From: Candidatus Saccharimonadota bacterium
GTDB taxonomy: Bacteria > Patescibacteriota > Saccharimonadia > Saccharimonadales > Saccharimonadaceae
Direction: 5' to 3'
Assembly: GCA_017514975.1 (NCBI GenBank)
Contig: JAFWIF010000014.1
Location: 52,070 to 116,069 of the forward strand
DNA length: 64,000 nt
Of this stretch, positions 1 through 9,549 are shown piece after piece. Numbering within the stretch: the first letter of the stretch is position 1; every line of letters begins with the position of its first letter. A program made the position numbers and the translations under genes. The notes beneath the pieces are model-generated. The model had not been told where the DNA came from, made no database searches, and saw nothing but the letters and a program-made list of their open reading frames with translations.

Positions 1-1613
1 ATCTTGCCAATGCGATCGAGGATAGGCTTCGCTTCACTAATGCCGAGCAACAAACAGCAGACGAGATATGCGATAGCGGTAACGATAACGATAATAAAGA
101 ATTTTGGAAAAGTATTGAGGAATGAGTTGTCGACGGCACGCAGAGGGAGTAGCTTTGTCATTAGGTAAGAAACGATACCGGCAATCACAGACGCGAGCAG
201 GATTTTGAGCATAGACTGCCAAAAAATCGGCTTGAAGAGAGTGTTGTGGCTGCGGCGATTGAGGATGACGAGCAAAATACACACTTCTACCAGTGCGGAA
301 ATCGAGGTGGCATAGGCGAGGCCTTCTGGCCCTAGGCCGGTGACACTAAAGAATACCGTAAAAATTACCTGTACGACAAAAGCAGCAACTGAAACGATCA
401 AGGGTGTCCGAGCGTCCTGGCGAGCATAAAAGCCGCGCGCAACAATGTGGTAAACTGATTGAAAAAAGATTGCAACGATAAACGAGGCGAGCACACTGGA
501 TATTTTCGGGTCGCCGCCGTTTTTAATGAAGTTAACGACATAGCCACGCAAAAAGAACGCAATCACGGCAACGGGTAGCGATATCCAAACGATCGAACTA
601 AGAGCGGTGCGCAAAGTCTCGTCAAACTTATCGTGTTCGCCACGACCAGCTTCTTCGCTTAGTTTTGGAAAATAGGCCGTCGAAATAGCAACGCCAATTA
701 GGTTTACTGGCATAGAATGAAGCGAAGAGGCTTGCTGATAAGCGCGAATCGACTGTTCGCCCATGCGCGACGCAAAATTTGTATTGATAATGCTCATCAC
801 GTAATCAATTCCCTGATCAACGGAACGACCTGGCAATAGGCGGAGAACCGTACGAAAACCTTGGTTTTTCCAGTGAATCTTGAAGTCGTAGTCGAAACCG
901 AGACCAATCAAGCCGATAATACTCGTAGTGAGCTGGAAAATCGCACCAAGGACAACTCCGAGCGCAACGCCCATGATGCCACCTTCAAAAATTTGAATGC
1001 CGAAGATGTTGATACCATTTGTAAAAACAAGAATGCCGATTATTATGCCAATGTTGTAAAGCGCGGGAGCGATTGCGTAAAAGAAAAAACGTCCGACGGC
1101 TTGCTGCATACTTGATAAGACTGTGGAAATGGAAAAGAGAAACGGATTAATCGCGATAACGCGCATCATATTGATCGCAAGCGACATTGCAGATTCGTTT
1201 AGTCCTGGCGCAACAACATAGCGGACGAGCGGGTCGGCGAAAATCATAATCACCACAGAAGCAACAAGGCTAATCAGGGCAAGAAAATTGAGCGTGCTAG
1301 CACTCAGCTCCCAGGCGGATTTTTTATTGTTGTTGACTAGGCGCTGATTAAAAATTGGCACAAAAGTGACGGCGAGCGCGCCGGACGTGATAATAAAAAA
1401 GAGAAAATCAGGCACCGTAAAGGCGGCCGTATAAGCATCGAGGCCAGCCGGGTAAGTGTCGTAATACATTGAGTTTAGCCAGCGATCGCGAAAAATACCA
1501 AGCAAGGCAGAAATCAGCGTAGAGCTAGAAATAACCAAGGCGGCCGCCTTAATAGAAAGCTTTGAATTTGCAAGCGAAACAACCGAACGAAAGTGATTTT
1601 TTTTACGCGCCAT
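1..1613 (-). CDS. murJ: Lipid II flippase MurJ/MviN family; the C-terminus lies beyond the window start and the gene is absent from the supplied ORF track
   Basis: My own minus-strand translation from the ATG at 1613..1611 gives MARKKNHFRSVVSLANSKLSIKAAALVISSSTLISALLGIFRDRWL...TVPDFLFFIITSGALAVTFVPIF. The frame stays open to position 1, is polytopic, and has a MurJ-like N-terminal pattern. Confidence 0.75.
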   Translation of the reverse strand, partial: MARKKNHFRSVVSLANSKLSIKAAALVISSSTLISALLGIFRDRWLNSMYYDTYPAGLDAYTAAFTVPDFLFFIITSGALAVTFVPIFNQRLVNNNKKSAWELSASTLNFLALISLVASVVIMIFADPLVRYVVAPGLNESAMSLAINMMRVIAINPFLFSISTVLSSMQQAVGRFFFYAIAPALYNIGIIIGILVFTNGINIFGIQIFEGGIMGVALGVVLGAIFQLTTSIIGLIGLGFDYDFKIHWKNQGFRTVLRLLPGRSVDQGIDYVMSIINTNFASRMGEQSIRAYQQASSLHSMPVNLIGVAISTAYFPKLSEEAGRGEHDKFDETLRTALSSIVWISLPVAVIAFFLRGYVVNFIKNGGDPKISSVLASFIVAIFFQSVYHIVARGFYARQDARTPLIVSVAAFVVQVIFTVFFSVTGLGPEGLAYATSISALVEVCILLVILNRRSHNTLFKPIFWQSMLKILLASVIAGIVSYLMTKLLPLRAVDNSFLNTFPKFFIIVIVTAIAYLVCCLLLGISEAKPILDRIGK

Positions 1614-1692
1614 ATCTGTTGTCATTATAGCATGCCTTGAATAGTTTCCGTAAAAAGATATAATTAGTAGCAAGACACTAAGTGCAATAACT

Positions 1693-2454
1693 ATGGCTAT
1701 ACCGAAAAAAATTCATTATGTGTGGGTTGGGAATGCGGAGATATCTGAACGAGATAAAAAGTTCATTGCAGACTGGCAGATTTTAAATCCCGACTACGAA
1801 ATTAGGCGTTGGAGCGAGCGCGATATAGATTTGAAAGAATATCCATTAGTTGCGCAGGCGATTCAAGAAAAGCGCTGGGCCTTAGCTTCGGATATCATTC
1901 GCATGTATGCGGTTTTTTGTGAGGGCGGATTTTATCTTGATACTGATGTCGAGTTGTTGCGGCCGTTAAATGATTTAGAGCAATACAATGCAGTGGCGGG
2001 TTGGGAATCGTCGACATGGTTTACGACGGCAGTGTTTGGAGCGCGCAAGCATTCGCCTTGGATTCAAAAGGTGCTGCAGCGCTATCATAAGGCAACAATT
2101 CATGGGAAGATTAAAACAGAAACATTTCTAAAAACTGTGCACAGTCTGTCTATTTATGCTCAAGATTTTATACCATTGCGATCCGACGGCAAAACGAGAA
2201 TCTACGATGGGCAGTTTGCGGTGTTCGCGAGAGAGGTGTTTTGTCCAAAACATTATGCTACTGGCGAATTAAAAATTACAGAAAACACGCGCGCAATTCA
2301 CCATTATGAATCGACCTGGCATAATAAAGCCGAGCGCCTCCAATCGACCTTGGGAAAAGGTGCGTTTAAGCTTGCGGGCGAGAGAGGCGTGCGTCCGTTT
2401 GAAAAAATATATCATAAAAATCTCGAGCGCAAGATACGCAAAGAGCTGAATTAA
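1693..2454 (+). CDS. GT32-like glycosyltransferase (DXD sugar transferase)
   Basis: IHYVWVGN start motif; WALASDIIRMYAVFCEGGFYLDTDVEL contains the DXD block typical of GT32/OCH1-like transferases. Confidence 0.65.
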   Translation: MAIPKKIHYVWVGNAEISERDKKFIADWQILNPDYEIRRWSERDIDLKEYPLVAQAIQEKRWALASDIIRMYAVFCEGGFYLDTDVELLRPLNDLEQYNAVAGWESSTWFTTAVFGARKHSPWIQKVLQRYHKATIHGKIKTETFLKTVHSLSIYAQDFIPLRSDGKTRIYDGQFAVFAREVFCPKHYATGELKITENTRAIHHYESTWHNKAERLQSTLGKGAFKLAGERGVRPFEKIYHKNLERKIRKELN

Positions 2455-3629
2455 TCGTCTTGGTTGGGGGGATTTTTGATATCGAAAGGCGTGGCGGCGT
2501 GCGCAAGTGCATATTGATAAAAACCGTAACCGCTGGCAATCGTACCGAGCAGAAACAGCACTCGCGTTGTGATAACGACGGCCGTAGCAAGACCAACTTC
2601 GACGCCAAGTAAGCTCATAACGAAAATCATAGCTCCTTCATAACCACCAACGCCTCCTGGAGTGGGCAAGATGCCACCTATCACAGAGGCGAGAGCTTCG
2701 CCAACCATGATCTGTGGCAAAATTTTTGCGTTGCCCATGCTAATACTAACGACCCAAAAGATTGCAACTTCGAAAAAGCTGTAGAGACATCCCCAGAGAA
2801 TCGGACGGAGCAAGGAGCGGCGATGGCGCTTTGCTACAATCAAATCGTCGTGCCAATCGTCGAAAAATTTATGGACCGACTCGAACGCAAGGACGTTTTG
2901 GTGTTTGCCAAATGTAACTTTTCGCACAATCGCATTGACCGCGCGTGAGAAAAATCGCGCGAAACGCTCGATGCGAGCTCTGCTGGTTGCGATATAAATA
3001 ATAGTGAAAATCGCAGCAAGCGTTCCTGCCGACAATAGGAAGGTGAGAACCACGATCCATTCAGAGCCATCGTGAATGTTTCCGGACAGCGCCAAAAATA
3101 TAACAGCAACAATCGTCTGGAGCTGATTGGCACAAAGCATAATTACAAAACGTAACGCATAAACAAAACTGGCCTGTCCGGCAGTAACACCAAACGGGCG
3201 CAGTCGCCAAATCATATAGCCTAGACCCGAAAAGCCGCTACTTGGGATCGCATGATTGATAAAGTTAAGCTCGAGAGACATCCGCAATAACTCCCAATTT
3301 GAGGCATGCTTGAATTGACGACGGTTGCGCATGTACGAGAAAACAATTTGGCCGGCGCAAAAATACATAAATAGCTGCTCAGGAATCAGAAGGAGAATCC
3401 ACCAAATGTTGGCCGATTTAAGATAATCGAAAGCCTGAACAATCTCGCCACGCGCATTCCAAACGATAATCGCCACAAAGACCAAAGTGATAATGCTAAA
3501 AATAATGCGAAAAGGTGATTTTTTAGGGGGCGAGGCGGGGGCGTTCTTCGGCGCAGAAAGCTCAGACGACGTCGCAGTTGCGCGTTTCTTGTTGTCTGGC
3601 TTCGACGTTTTTTTGGTCTGTTTTGACAT
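2451..3629 (-). CDS. Flippase-like / LPG-synthase-TM (UPF0104) family membrane protein
   Basis: Polytopic protein with a basic N-terminus and the C-terminal motif GILPTPGGVGGYEG characteristic of this family. Confidence 0.6.
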   Translation of the reverse strand: MSKQTKKTSKPDNKKRATATSSELSAPKNAPASPPKKSPFRIIFSIITLVFVAIIVWNARGEIVQAFDYLKSANIWWILLLIPEQLFMYFCAGQIVFSYMRNRRQFKHASNWELLRMSLELNFINHAIPSSGFSGLGYMIWRLRPFGVTAGQASFVYALRFVIMLCANQLQTIVAVIFLALSGNIHDGSEWIVVLTFLLSAGTLAAIFTIIYIATSRARIERFARFFSRAVNAIVRKVTFGKHQNVLAFESVHKFFDDWHDDLIVAKRHRRSLLRPILWGCLYSFFEVAIFWVVSISMGNAKILPQIMVGEALASVIGGILPTPGGVGGYEGAMIFVMSLLGVEVGLATAVVITTRVLFLLGTIASGYGFYQYALAHAATPFDIKNPPNQDD

Positions 3630-3675
3630 TAATACGATTATAGCATGCGGCTCGACAATTCGCTAAGCGCATCAA

Positions 3676-3906
3676 TTACAATAAGAGAATAATGCCAAGC
3701 GCAATCAGCGCAAGGACAACCAAAGCAATCCAAAACCAGCTAGAGCGGCTAGTGCGTTTGGTATTGCGTAGGTATTCAGAATCTTCAACGAGATCCGGCA
3801 TCGCTGCATCGTCACGCGACGTGCCGGTAGTACGTTCGCGAAGGTCGGCAGAAATACGCTCGGTGAGACGAGTGCGTTCGTTATTATTTTCGACTAGTAT
3901 CCCCAC
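3676..3906 (-). CDS. Small tail-anchored membrane protein, unknown function
   Basis: GTG start lies directly downstream of AAGGAGG. The N-terminal part is charged and there is a single C-terminal TM (WFWIALVVLALIALGIILLL). Confidence 0.45.
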   Translation of the reverse strand: MGILVENNNERTRLTERISADLRERTTGTSRDDAAMPDLVEDSEYLRNTKRTSRSSWFWIALVVLALIALGIILLL

Positions 3907-4023
3907 GTAACCTCCTTATTGCTTAACTTTAGTTATTATAACACTCTTGAAGTTTTTTGGAAAATTATGGCTATCAGAGATAATGTGGTATTATATAGAT
4001 ATTATTTTCTAAAAGGAGGAGAA

Positions 4024-5037
4024 ATGGCAACAACGAAAGCCAAGACGGCCAAGAAGTCAGTCGCGAAAAAGCCAAAAGCTCGTGCGACGGAGAAGTCGAA
4101 AACTTCAGCAAAAACTGTCGAAGCCAAAACAGTCAAAAAAGAAAAGGTGGAAGCAAAGGTAACCGAAACAAAGACGAAAGTCGTTTCAGCAAAGGCGACT
4201 AAAGTAAGTCCGGTAAAAAAATTCTTTGCACGAAAGGGCGATCCGAACGAAAATATTATCACGATTTTTAAAGACACAAAAATCATCGGCGCTTTGATTG
4301 CAGAAATCATTGGTACCGCGGTGATTGCAATGATTGCGTTGACACTGGGTCTCTTTAACCCGCTGTATATTATTTTTGCGTATCTCGGTATTACGCTAGC
4401 AACTTTTGCATTATCGGGCGCACATCTTAATCCAATTATCAGCGCGGGGATGGCGGCGAGCCGACGCATTTCTCTAATTCGAGCGATTTTATACATTATT
4501 GCTCAGGTTGTCGGATCGTTTCTTGGATTCTTGCTTATCAATGCGTTCTTTAAAGCTGGCACTGGCGCAACGGCGGCCGAAGACGGCAGCTCAGCAAGCT
4601 TACCAACTCTCACTGCTCTATTTACAGCCGGCGAAGGCGATGATGCAGGGCTAAATAAATTGTTCTGGCCGATTGTCATGATTGAATTTATCGGAGCAAT
4701 CATACTCGGCTTCTTCTATGCGCGCGCGCTAAACTTTAAACGCAGTGCGTTCACTTTTGCAGCAACCGTAGCAACCGGTGTGTTTGTCGCGATGTTGTTT
4801 GCAGTAGTAATCACAAATACCTATCTAGGATTACAAGACAATACTTTTGTATTGAACCCAGCAGTCAGTACTGTTTACGGACTCTTCCCGTCAAGCGCAG
4901 AAGGTTTTGATGGACTAATGAGCGCGCTTTGGCCAATGCTCGTTGCGTATGTGATTTTCCCGATTATCGGCGGAATCTTGGGCTTCTACCTTTCGGATTT
5001 TGCAGCGCAACTATCCGAACAGGAGACAACCGAATAA
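4024..5037 (+). CDS. MIP/aquaporin-family channel with a Lys/Ala/Thr-rich N-terminal tail
   Basis: ATG at 4024 is preceded by AAAGGAGGAG; the track start at 3919 has no RBS. SGAHLNPIISAG and LNPAVS half-helix motifs are present, with six TM segments. Confidence 0.75.
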   Translation: MATTKAKTAKKSVAKKPKARATEKSKTSAKTVEAKTVKKEKVEAKVTETKTKVVSAKATKVSPVKKFFARKGDPNENIITIFKDTKIIGALIAEIIGTAVIAMIALTLGLFNPLYIIFAYLGITLATFALSGAHLNPIISAGMAASRRISLIRAILYIIAQVVGSFLGFLLINAFFKAGTGATAAEDGSSASLPTLTALFTAGEGDDAGLNKLFWPIVMIEFIGAIILGFFYARALNFKRSAFTFAATVATGVFVAMLFAVVITNTYLGLQDNTFVLNPAVSTVYGLFPSSAEGFDGLMSALWPMLVAYVIFPIIGGILGFYLSDFAAQLSEQETTE

Positions 5038-5057
5038 ATCTATTATAGCAACAAGGA

Positions 5058-5087
5058 AAGCACCTAGCGATTTGCTAGGTGCTTTTT
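5058..5087. terminator. Stem-loop terminator between the convergent MIP gene and tsf
   Basis: AAAGCACCTAGC-gattt-GCTAGGTGCTTT is followed by a T-run on the plus strand and is A-flanked on the other side. Confidence 0.6.
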
Positions 5088-5111
5088 GAATGATTGCCTA
5101 AATTGGTAGAC

Positions 5112-5750
5112 TTATTCAGTCACGCCAAGTTCGATGCGCTTAAATTGCTTGATCGTAATGTTTTCGCCGGTTTTGGCGATAGCTTCTTTGATTAGATCGG
5201 AGACATTCTTGCTGTCGTCAAAGACATATGGCTGTGCCATAAGGACACGATCGGAGAATTTCTTAGCGATCTTTGACTTGACGATGTCGTCTTTTTTGTC
5301 GGCAGGCTCTTTACCCGTTAAGCTAGCTGCGGCTTCTTTTTCGGCTTCCGCGTAAATGTCATCAGGGATATCCTCGTATCGAAGCCATTGTGGGTTCATG
5401 CTGGCAACTTGGATGGCGACTTTATGCGCCAAATCCTTAAATTCATCAGTCTTAGCAACGAATGAGGTTTCGCAGTTTACTTCAACGATAGCGGCGATGC
5501 GACCATCATGGACGTAAGCATCAACAACACCTTCACGAGTTTCGCGATCGCCACGCTTTTCAGCTTTCGTTAAACCTTTCTTGCGCATCTCAGAAAGCGC
5601 CTTGTCGAAATCCCCTTTAGCTTCGACGAGAGCTTTTTTCGCATCGGTTAGGCCGACGCCTGAAAGTTCTTTAAGCTTTTTAATTAGTTCTACAGTAATT
5701 TCTTTCGCTTCATTAGCGACTTCTTTGGCAGTTTTTTCGGTTTTTGCCAT
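5112..5750 (-). CDS. tsf: Elongation factor Ts (short form)
   Basis: N-terminal UBA-like segment ELIKKLKELSGVGLTDAKKALVEAKGDFDKA, a core EVNCETSFVAKTDEF, and a position directly downstream of rpsB. Confidence 0.9.
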   Translation of the reverse strand: MAKTEKTAKEVANEAKEITVELIKKLKELSGVGLTDAKKALVEAKGDFDKALSEMRKKGLTKAEKRGDRETREGVVDAYVHDGRIAAIVEVNCETSFVAKTDEFKDLAHKVAIQVASMNPQWLRYEDIPDDIYAEAEKEAAASLTGKEPADKKDDIVKSKIAKKFSDRVLMAQPYVFDDSKNVSDLIKEAIAKTGENITIKQFKRIELGVTE

Positions 5751-5789
5751 TTTTGCCTCCTTTTATAAGTCTATTTTACTAAATTTTTA

Positions 5790-6500
5790 CTAATCTTGAG
5801 CTTTTTTGGCTTTTTGCGACTTGCCTGCTTTGATGGCCTCGGCAAAATAACCAAAAATTAATTCAACAGCCTTAATCGCGTCATCATTGGCGGGGATAGG
5901 ATAATCGACGGCGCTCGGGTCGCTATTCGTGTCGGTAATAGCAAAGACAGGAATATTGAGACTTTTAGCCTCTTTGATAGCGTTCTTGTCTTGAATCGTG
6001 TCAGCTACAATCAGAGCAGCCGGCTGTTCGGTCATATCTTTGATGCCACCATAACGCTCGTTGAGAAGATCGATTTCTTCTTGGTAGCGTTGCACTTCGA
6101 GCTTGTTGTAGCGTTTTTCGAGTTCCCCGCTAGCCATACGGCGTTCGAGGTCTTTGAGTTTGCGAATCTGTTTATTGATTGTTTCGACGTTAGTAAGCAT
6201 ACCGCCAATCCAGCGAACAGACACATAAGGCATCTCGACTGATTCAGCGGTCGCTTTGACGACAGGCTTGAGTTGTTTTTTGGTGCCAACGAAAAGAACC
6301 TTCTTGCCTTTTGCGGCTAAATCCGCAATAACCGGAAGTGCCGTATCGAGAGCGTCGACGGTTTTCTCGAGATTAATAATGTGAGCGCCTTCGCGCTTGC
6401 TGTGAATATACGGTGCCATTTTTGGATGCCAACGGCTAGTTTTGTGGCCAAAATGCGCACCAGACACCAAAAGGTCTTTGATGTTAATCTGTACAGGCAT
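5790..6500 (-). CDS. rpsB: 30S ribosomal protein S2
   Basis: LLVSGAHFGHKTSRWHPKMAPYI and WIGGMLTN signatures. Confidence 0.95.
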   Translation of the reverse strand: MPVQINIKDLLVSGAHFGHKTSRWHPKMAPYIHSKREGAHIINLEKTVDALDTALPVIADLAAKGKKVLFVGTKKQLKPVVKATAESVEMPYVSVRWIGGMLTNVETINKQIRKLKDLERRMASGELEKRYNKLEVQRYQEEIDLLNERYGGIKDMTEQPAALIVADTIQDKNAIKEAKSLNIPVFAITDTNSDPSAVDYPIPANDDAIKAVELIFGYFAEAIKAGKSQKAKKAQD

Positions 6501-6621
6501 AGTTACCTTTCTCCTTTAGTTCATCGAATATATTGTTATTTCCGACAAACTTGCTTCGTTAAATTAATAATACATTTATTATTATATCATATTTTTCAGA
6601 AATGTGGAAAAATGTAAACAG

Positions 6622-9096
6622 CTACTCGCGCGGCATATCGGTGGCGCGAATCATCTCCGGAGTAATGTGGAGAGTGGTACCAGAGGATACGTAGCCGGAC
6701 AGTACGGCGCGGGCCACGATATTCTCCACGGTGCTCTGTACGACTCTGCGCATTGGTCTCGCACCGAGCTTCGGGTCGTAGCCACGCTCAACCAAAATCG
6801 CCCGCGCCTCATCGTCGAGAGCAACGGATATTCTCTGAGGTTCGAGGGTTTTGTTGACGCTGATTAAGATTAGATTGACGATCTGTAGCAGATCCTCTTT
6901 TGATAGAGGCTTAAAAATACAGATTTCGTCAAAACGGTTGATAAATTCAGGCTTAAATTCGTTGTTCTGAATCAATTCGTCTAGCAGTGATTCTTTGATT
7001 TCTGATAAATTTAAGCCTTGATCGATGTAATTGCGAATTTGGTTTGCACCAGCATTACTTGTCGCAATCACGATAGCATCACGAAAACTTACCTCGCGAT
7101 TTTTGACGTCGCGCAAGATACCTTCATCGAGTAGCTGTAAAAGCGTTGTTAGAACCTGAGGATGAGCCTTTTCGATCTCGTCTAGCAAAACAACGGAAAA
7201 CGGCTGCTTCATGACTTGGGCGGTAAGGCTGAGCGGATCGGTAGCGCCGTCCGCAATGAGACGATTTACGCTGCCCGCATCGACAAATTCGTTCAGATCG
7301 AGGCGAACAATCTGGCTTTCGCCATGAAAATAAACTTCACTTAACGCTTTTGCGAGCTCTGTTTTGCCGACGCCAGTTGGGCCGAGGAACAAGAATGTAC
7401 CAATCGGACGTTTTTCGTTTCGCACGCCCGCAGCCGCTCTTCGCAAAGCATCGCTCACCGCCGAGACGGCATACTCTTGATCGACCATGCGTTGATGGAT
7501 GAGCGTCTCAAGATTGAGGAGTCGATAGCGCTCTTCGTCGTCTTGCGAAGCGCGCATTTTTACGCCATAAGTCTTCTCTATGGCACGTTGTACAGATTCG
7601 GCAGTTATAAAACCGTGCTCTTCGGCAAAGCCGGCGGCCGACTCAAGCAAGTTAAGGGCGCGCCCTGGCATCTCCAAATCGTGGATGTATTTCTCGCTTA
7701 AACGATAAGATTCGGACAAAGCCCAGTAGGTATAGGTGACTTTGTGCTGGTATTCGAGATAGGGGACACGATCCTGCATAACACGCATCGTATCGTTGGC
7801 GTCGGCTGGACTAACAACAATCTTATTGAGAGTATTGGCAAGTGAACTGTTTTTTGTGGATATTTCGAGGAAACGCTGCTGATCCATTGTCATAATGACG
7901 CGGAGTCGTCCAGCTTCTAGGATAGGCAAAAGTATATTTGCAATATCAACAGAGCCAACTCCTTCCTCAAAGAACAACTGCGCCTCATCGAGCCAGATAA
8001 TTATATTTTTGGCGGCAAAAGCTTCTCCGAGAATATGCGACACGAGCCCCTCGAGTTCGCCGCGACGCCCCGCGGCAGCGATCAGGGCAGCAGCATCAAG
8101 CTTGAAGACTTGACGGAATTTGAGCCTTGACGATATTTTTCTATCGGCGTCGAGAATAGCGCTGGCAAAATGGTGGACGGCCGTCGAACGACCAGTACCA
8201 GCCGCGCCGACGAGGGCGACATTTTGGCGTCCGCCAGATGAAAAAATCTGAATCATTTGATCGACAATTTCTGCAGTCGACGAGAGACTGGGTTGCACAG
8301 AAGCCGCAACGCCGTCAGAGCGAGAAATATTTTGACCAAACTTTTGGAGTAGCGGCGTGTAGCCGAACATCAAATCGCGCCCAAAACCGCCCGTATGACG
8401 AGGTTTCTTGAGGCTTTTAACAATTCCGTGTAAATAGTTGTACCAAACAACCCCGCCGCGTAATTCTGACTGCTCAAGCTTAAGGCGGCGCAATAATTGC
8501 TCGCACGACGGATGAGTCTCGACAAGAGCAAGCGACAAAATGGCGCCCGTGATTTGTTCTGAGTCGGTGGCATGGCGAATTTCAAGTGCTTTCTCGAAAA
8601 TCGCCTCAAGGTTTTCGTCGGCGTCCGCGACAATGAAATCAAGAAACTGCGCCGTGATACCATAACGAGCAGCAAGAAAGATGCCGCTAGGTGTTTCAAA
8701 GACAATTTTTGCGAGTTTTTGAGGAGTGGGGTGGCGGTCGAGGCGCGATAGAACTTGGTGAGATAGTAAGTCGTTAATATTGTCGCTGTCAAGGTGGCGC
8801 ACAAACATATCTTTAAGATCTAGATGGTACCAAAAGAGTAGCATCATCACGCAAACAGCGACAGCGAGAAGAAGCCAAGCAAGCGGCTCGCGCAACCAGA
8901 ATAGAATCCCTGACAACACAAAAGCCGCTATCATACAAACAATCAACATAATACGGACGAGCTGAGGTCGCAACACGCTGGCAAAACGCGCCGTGCGAGC
9001 ACGCGTATGGTTGTAGTCGAACATAATCATGGTAAATGAACCCCCATAAAGAAGCAAACCAAGCAACAAACTGGCGCCAAAGGCAAAAATGGCCAT
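6622..9096 (-). CDS. Membrane-anchored Clp/Hsp100-type double AAA+ ATPase with a degenerate first Walker A (alternative start at 9030)
   Basis: N-terminal TM helices. D1 has GAAGTGRS plus IIIWLDEA. D2 has GPTGVGKTELAKAL plus VVLLDEIEKAHP, and there is a C-terminal D2-small segment GARPMRRVVQ. Confidence 0.7.
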   Translation of the reverse strand: MAIFAFGASLLLGLLLYGGSFTMIMFDYNHTRARTARFASVLRPQLVRIMLIVCMIAAFVLSGILFWLREPLAWLLLAVAVCVMMLLFWYHLDLKDMFVRHLDSDNINDLLSHQVLSRLDRHPTPQKLAKIVFETPSGIFLAARYGITAQFLDFIVADADENLEAIFEKALEIRHATDSEQITGAILSLALVETHPSCEQLLRRLKLEQSELRGGVVWYNYLHGIVKSLKKPRHTGGFGRDLMFGYTPLLQKFGQNISRSDGVAASVQPSLSSTAEIVDQMIQIFSSGGRQNVALVGAAGTGRSTAVHHFASAILDADRKISSRLKFRQVFKLDAAALIAAAGRRGELEGLVSHILGEAFAAKNIIIWLDEAQLFFEEGVGSVDIANILLPILEAGRLRVIMTMDQQRFLEISTKNSSLANTLNKIVVSPADANDTMRVMQDRVPYLEYQHKVTYTYWALSESYRLSEKYIHDLEMPGRALNLLESAAGFAEEHGFITAESVQRAIEKTYGVKMRASQDDEERYRLLNLETLIHQRMVDQEYAVSAVSDALRRAAAGVRNEKRPIGTFLFLGPTGVGKTELAKALSEVYFHGESQIVRLDLNEFVDAGSVNRLIADGATDPLSLTAQVMKQPFSVVLLDEIEKAHPQVLTTLLQLLDEGILRDVKNREVSFRDAIVIATSNAGANQIRNYIDQGLNLSEIKESLLDELIQNNEFKPEFINRFDEICIFKPLSKEDLLQIVNLILISVNKTLEPQRISVALDDEARAILVERGYDPKLGARPMRRVVQSTVENIVARAVLSGYVSSGTTLHITPEMIRATDMPRE

Positions 9097-9407
9097 AAAA
9101 TAGCTAGAACAAGACTGATAACGAGCTCGACGACAAACAGAATCGATCCCGTTATCAAGATGGCGAGACGCACGATAGCGCCGATAATGCGCGACAATAA
9201 GCGATCGAGAAAATCTCGGAAGCGCATATCGAGCGAGCCTTCGCTATATTGATTTGCGGAAATTTGGCGAAAAGGGGAAAAAAGCGTGCGAATCAAGAGA
9301 CCAAAAGAGAAAAAATCAGCGGCGCTACGTAACTTTCCAATCAAACCTAGTACAAATTGTTTCCAACCTTGCGAATACCACCACTGAAAAAAATCAATAA
9401 AAAGCAT
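9027..9407 (-). CDS. Small polytopic membrane protein, apparently translationally coupled to the AAA+ gene
   Basis: Its TGA stop (9029..9027) overlaps an in-frame ATG (9030..9028) of the downstream AAA+ ORF as ATGA. The C-terminal half is hydrophobic. Confidence 0.45.
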   Translation of the reverse strand: MLFIDFFQWWYSQGWKQFVLGLIGKLRSAADFFSFGLLIRTLFSPFRQISANQYSEGSLDMRFRDFLDRLLSRIIGAIVRLAILITGSILFVVELVISLVLAILWPFLPLAPVCCLVCFFMGVHLP

Positions 9408-9463
9408 ATACGGTTATTGTATCATAGATTCAAAGTGAGAATTTGTGGTAAAATTAGGAGCAA

Positions 9464-9540
9464 GCACCCGTAGCTCAGCGGATTAGAGCACTAGTCTTCG
9501 GAACTAGGTGTCACAGGTTCGAATCCTGTCGGGTGTACCA
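9464..9540 (+). tRNA. tRNA-Arg (anticodon TCG), CCA encoded
   Basis: Hand-folded cloverleaf: GCACCCG/CGGGTGT acceptor, CTAGT-CTTCGGA-ACTAG anticodon arm, ACAGG-TTCGAAT-CCTGT T arm. Confidence 0.9.
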
Positions 9541-9549
9541 TTTTTATTT

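Noticed and set aside
9508-9549. The N-terminal 14 codons of ORF 9508..10062
   Set aside because: They overlap the 3-prime half of tRNA-Arg(TCG), so I trimmed the start to the ATG at 9550.
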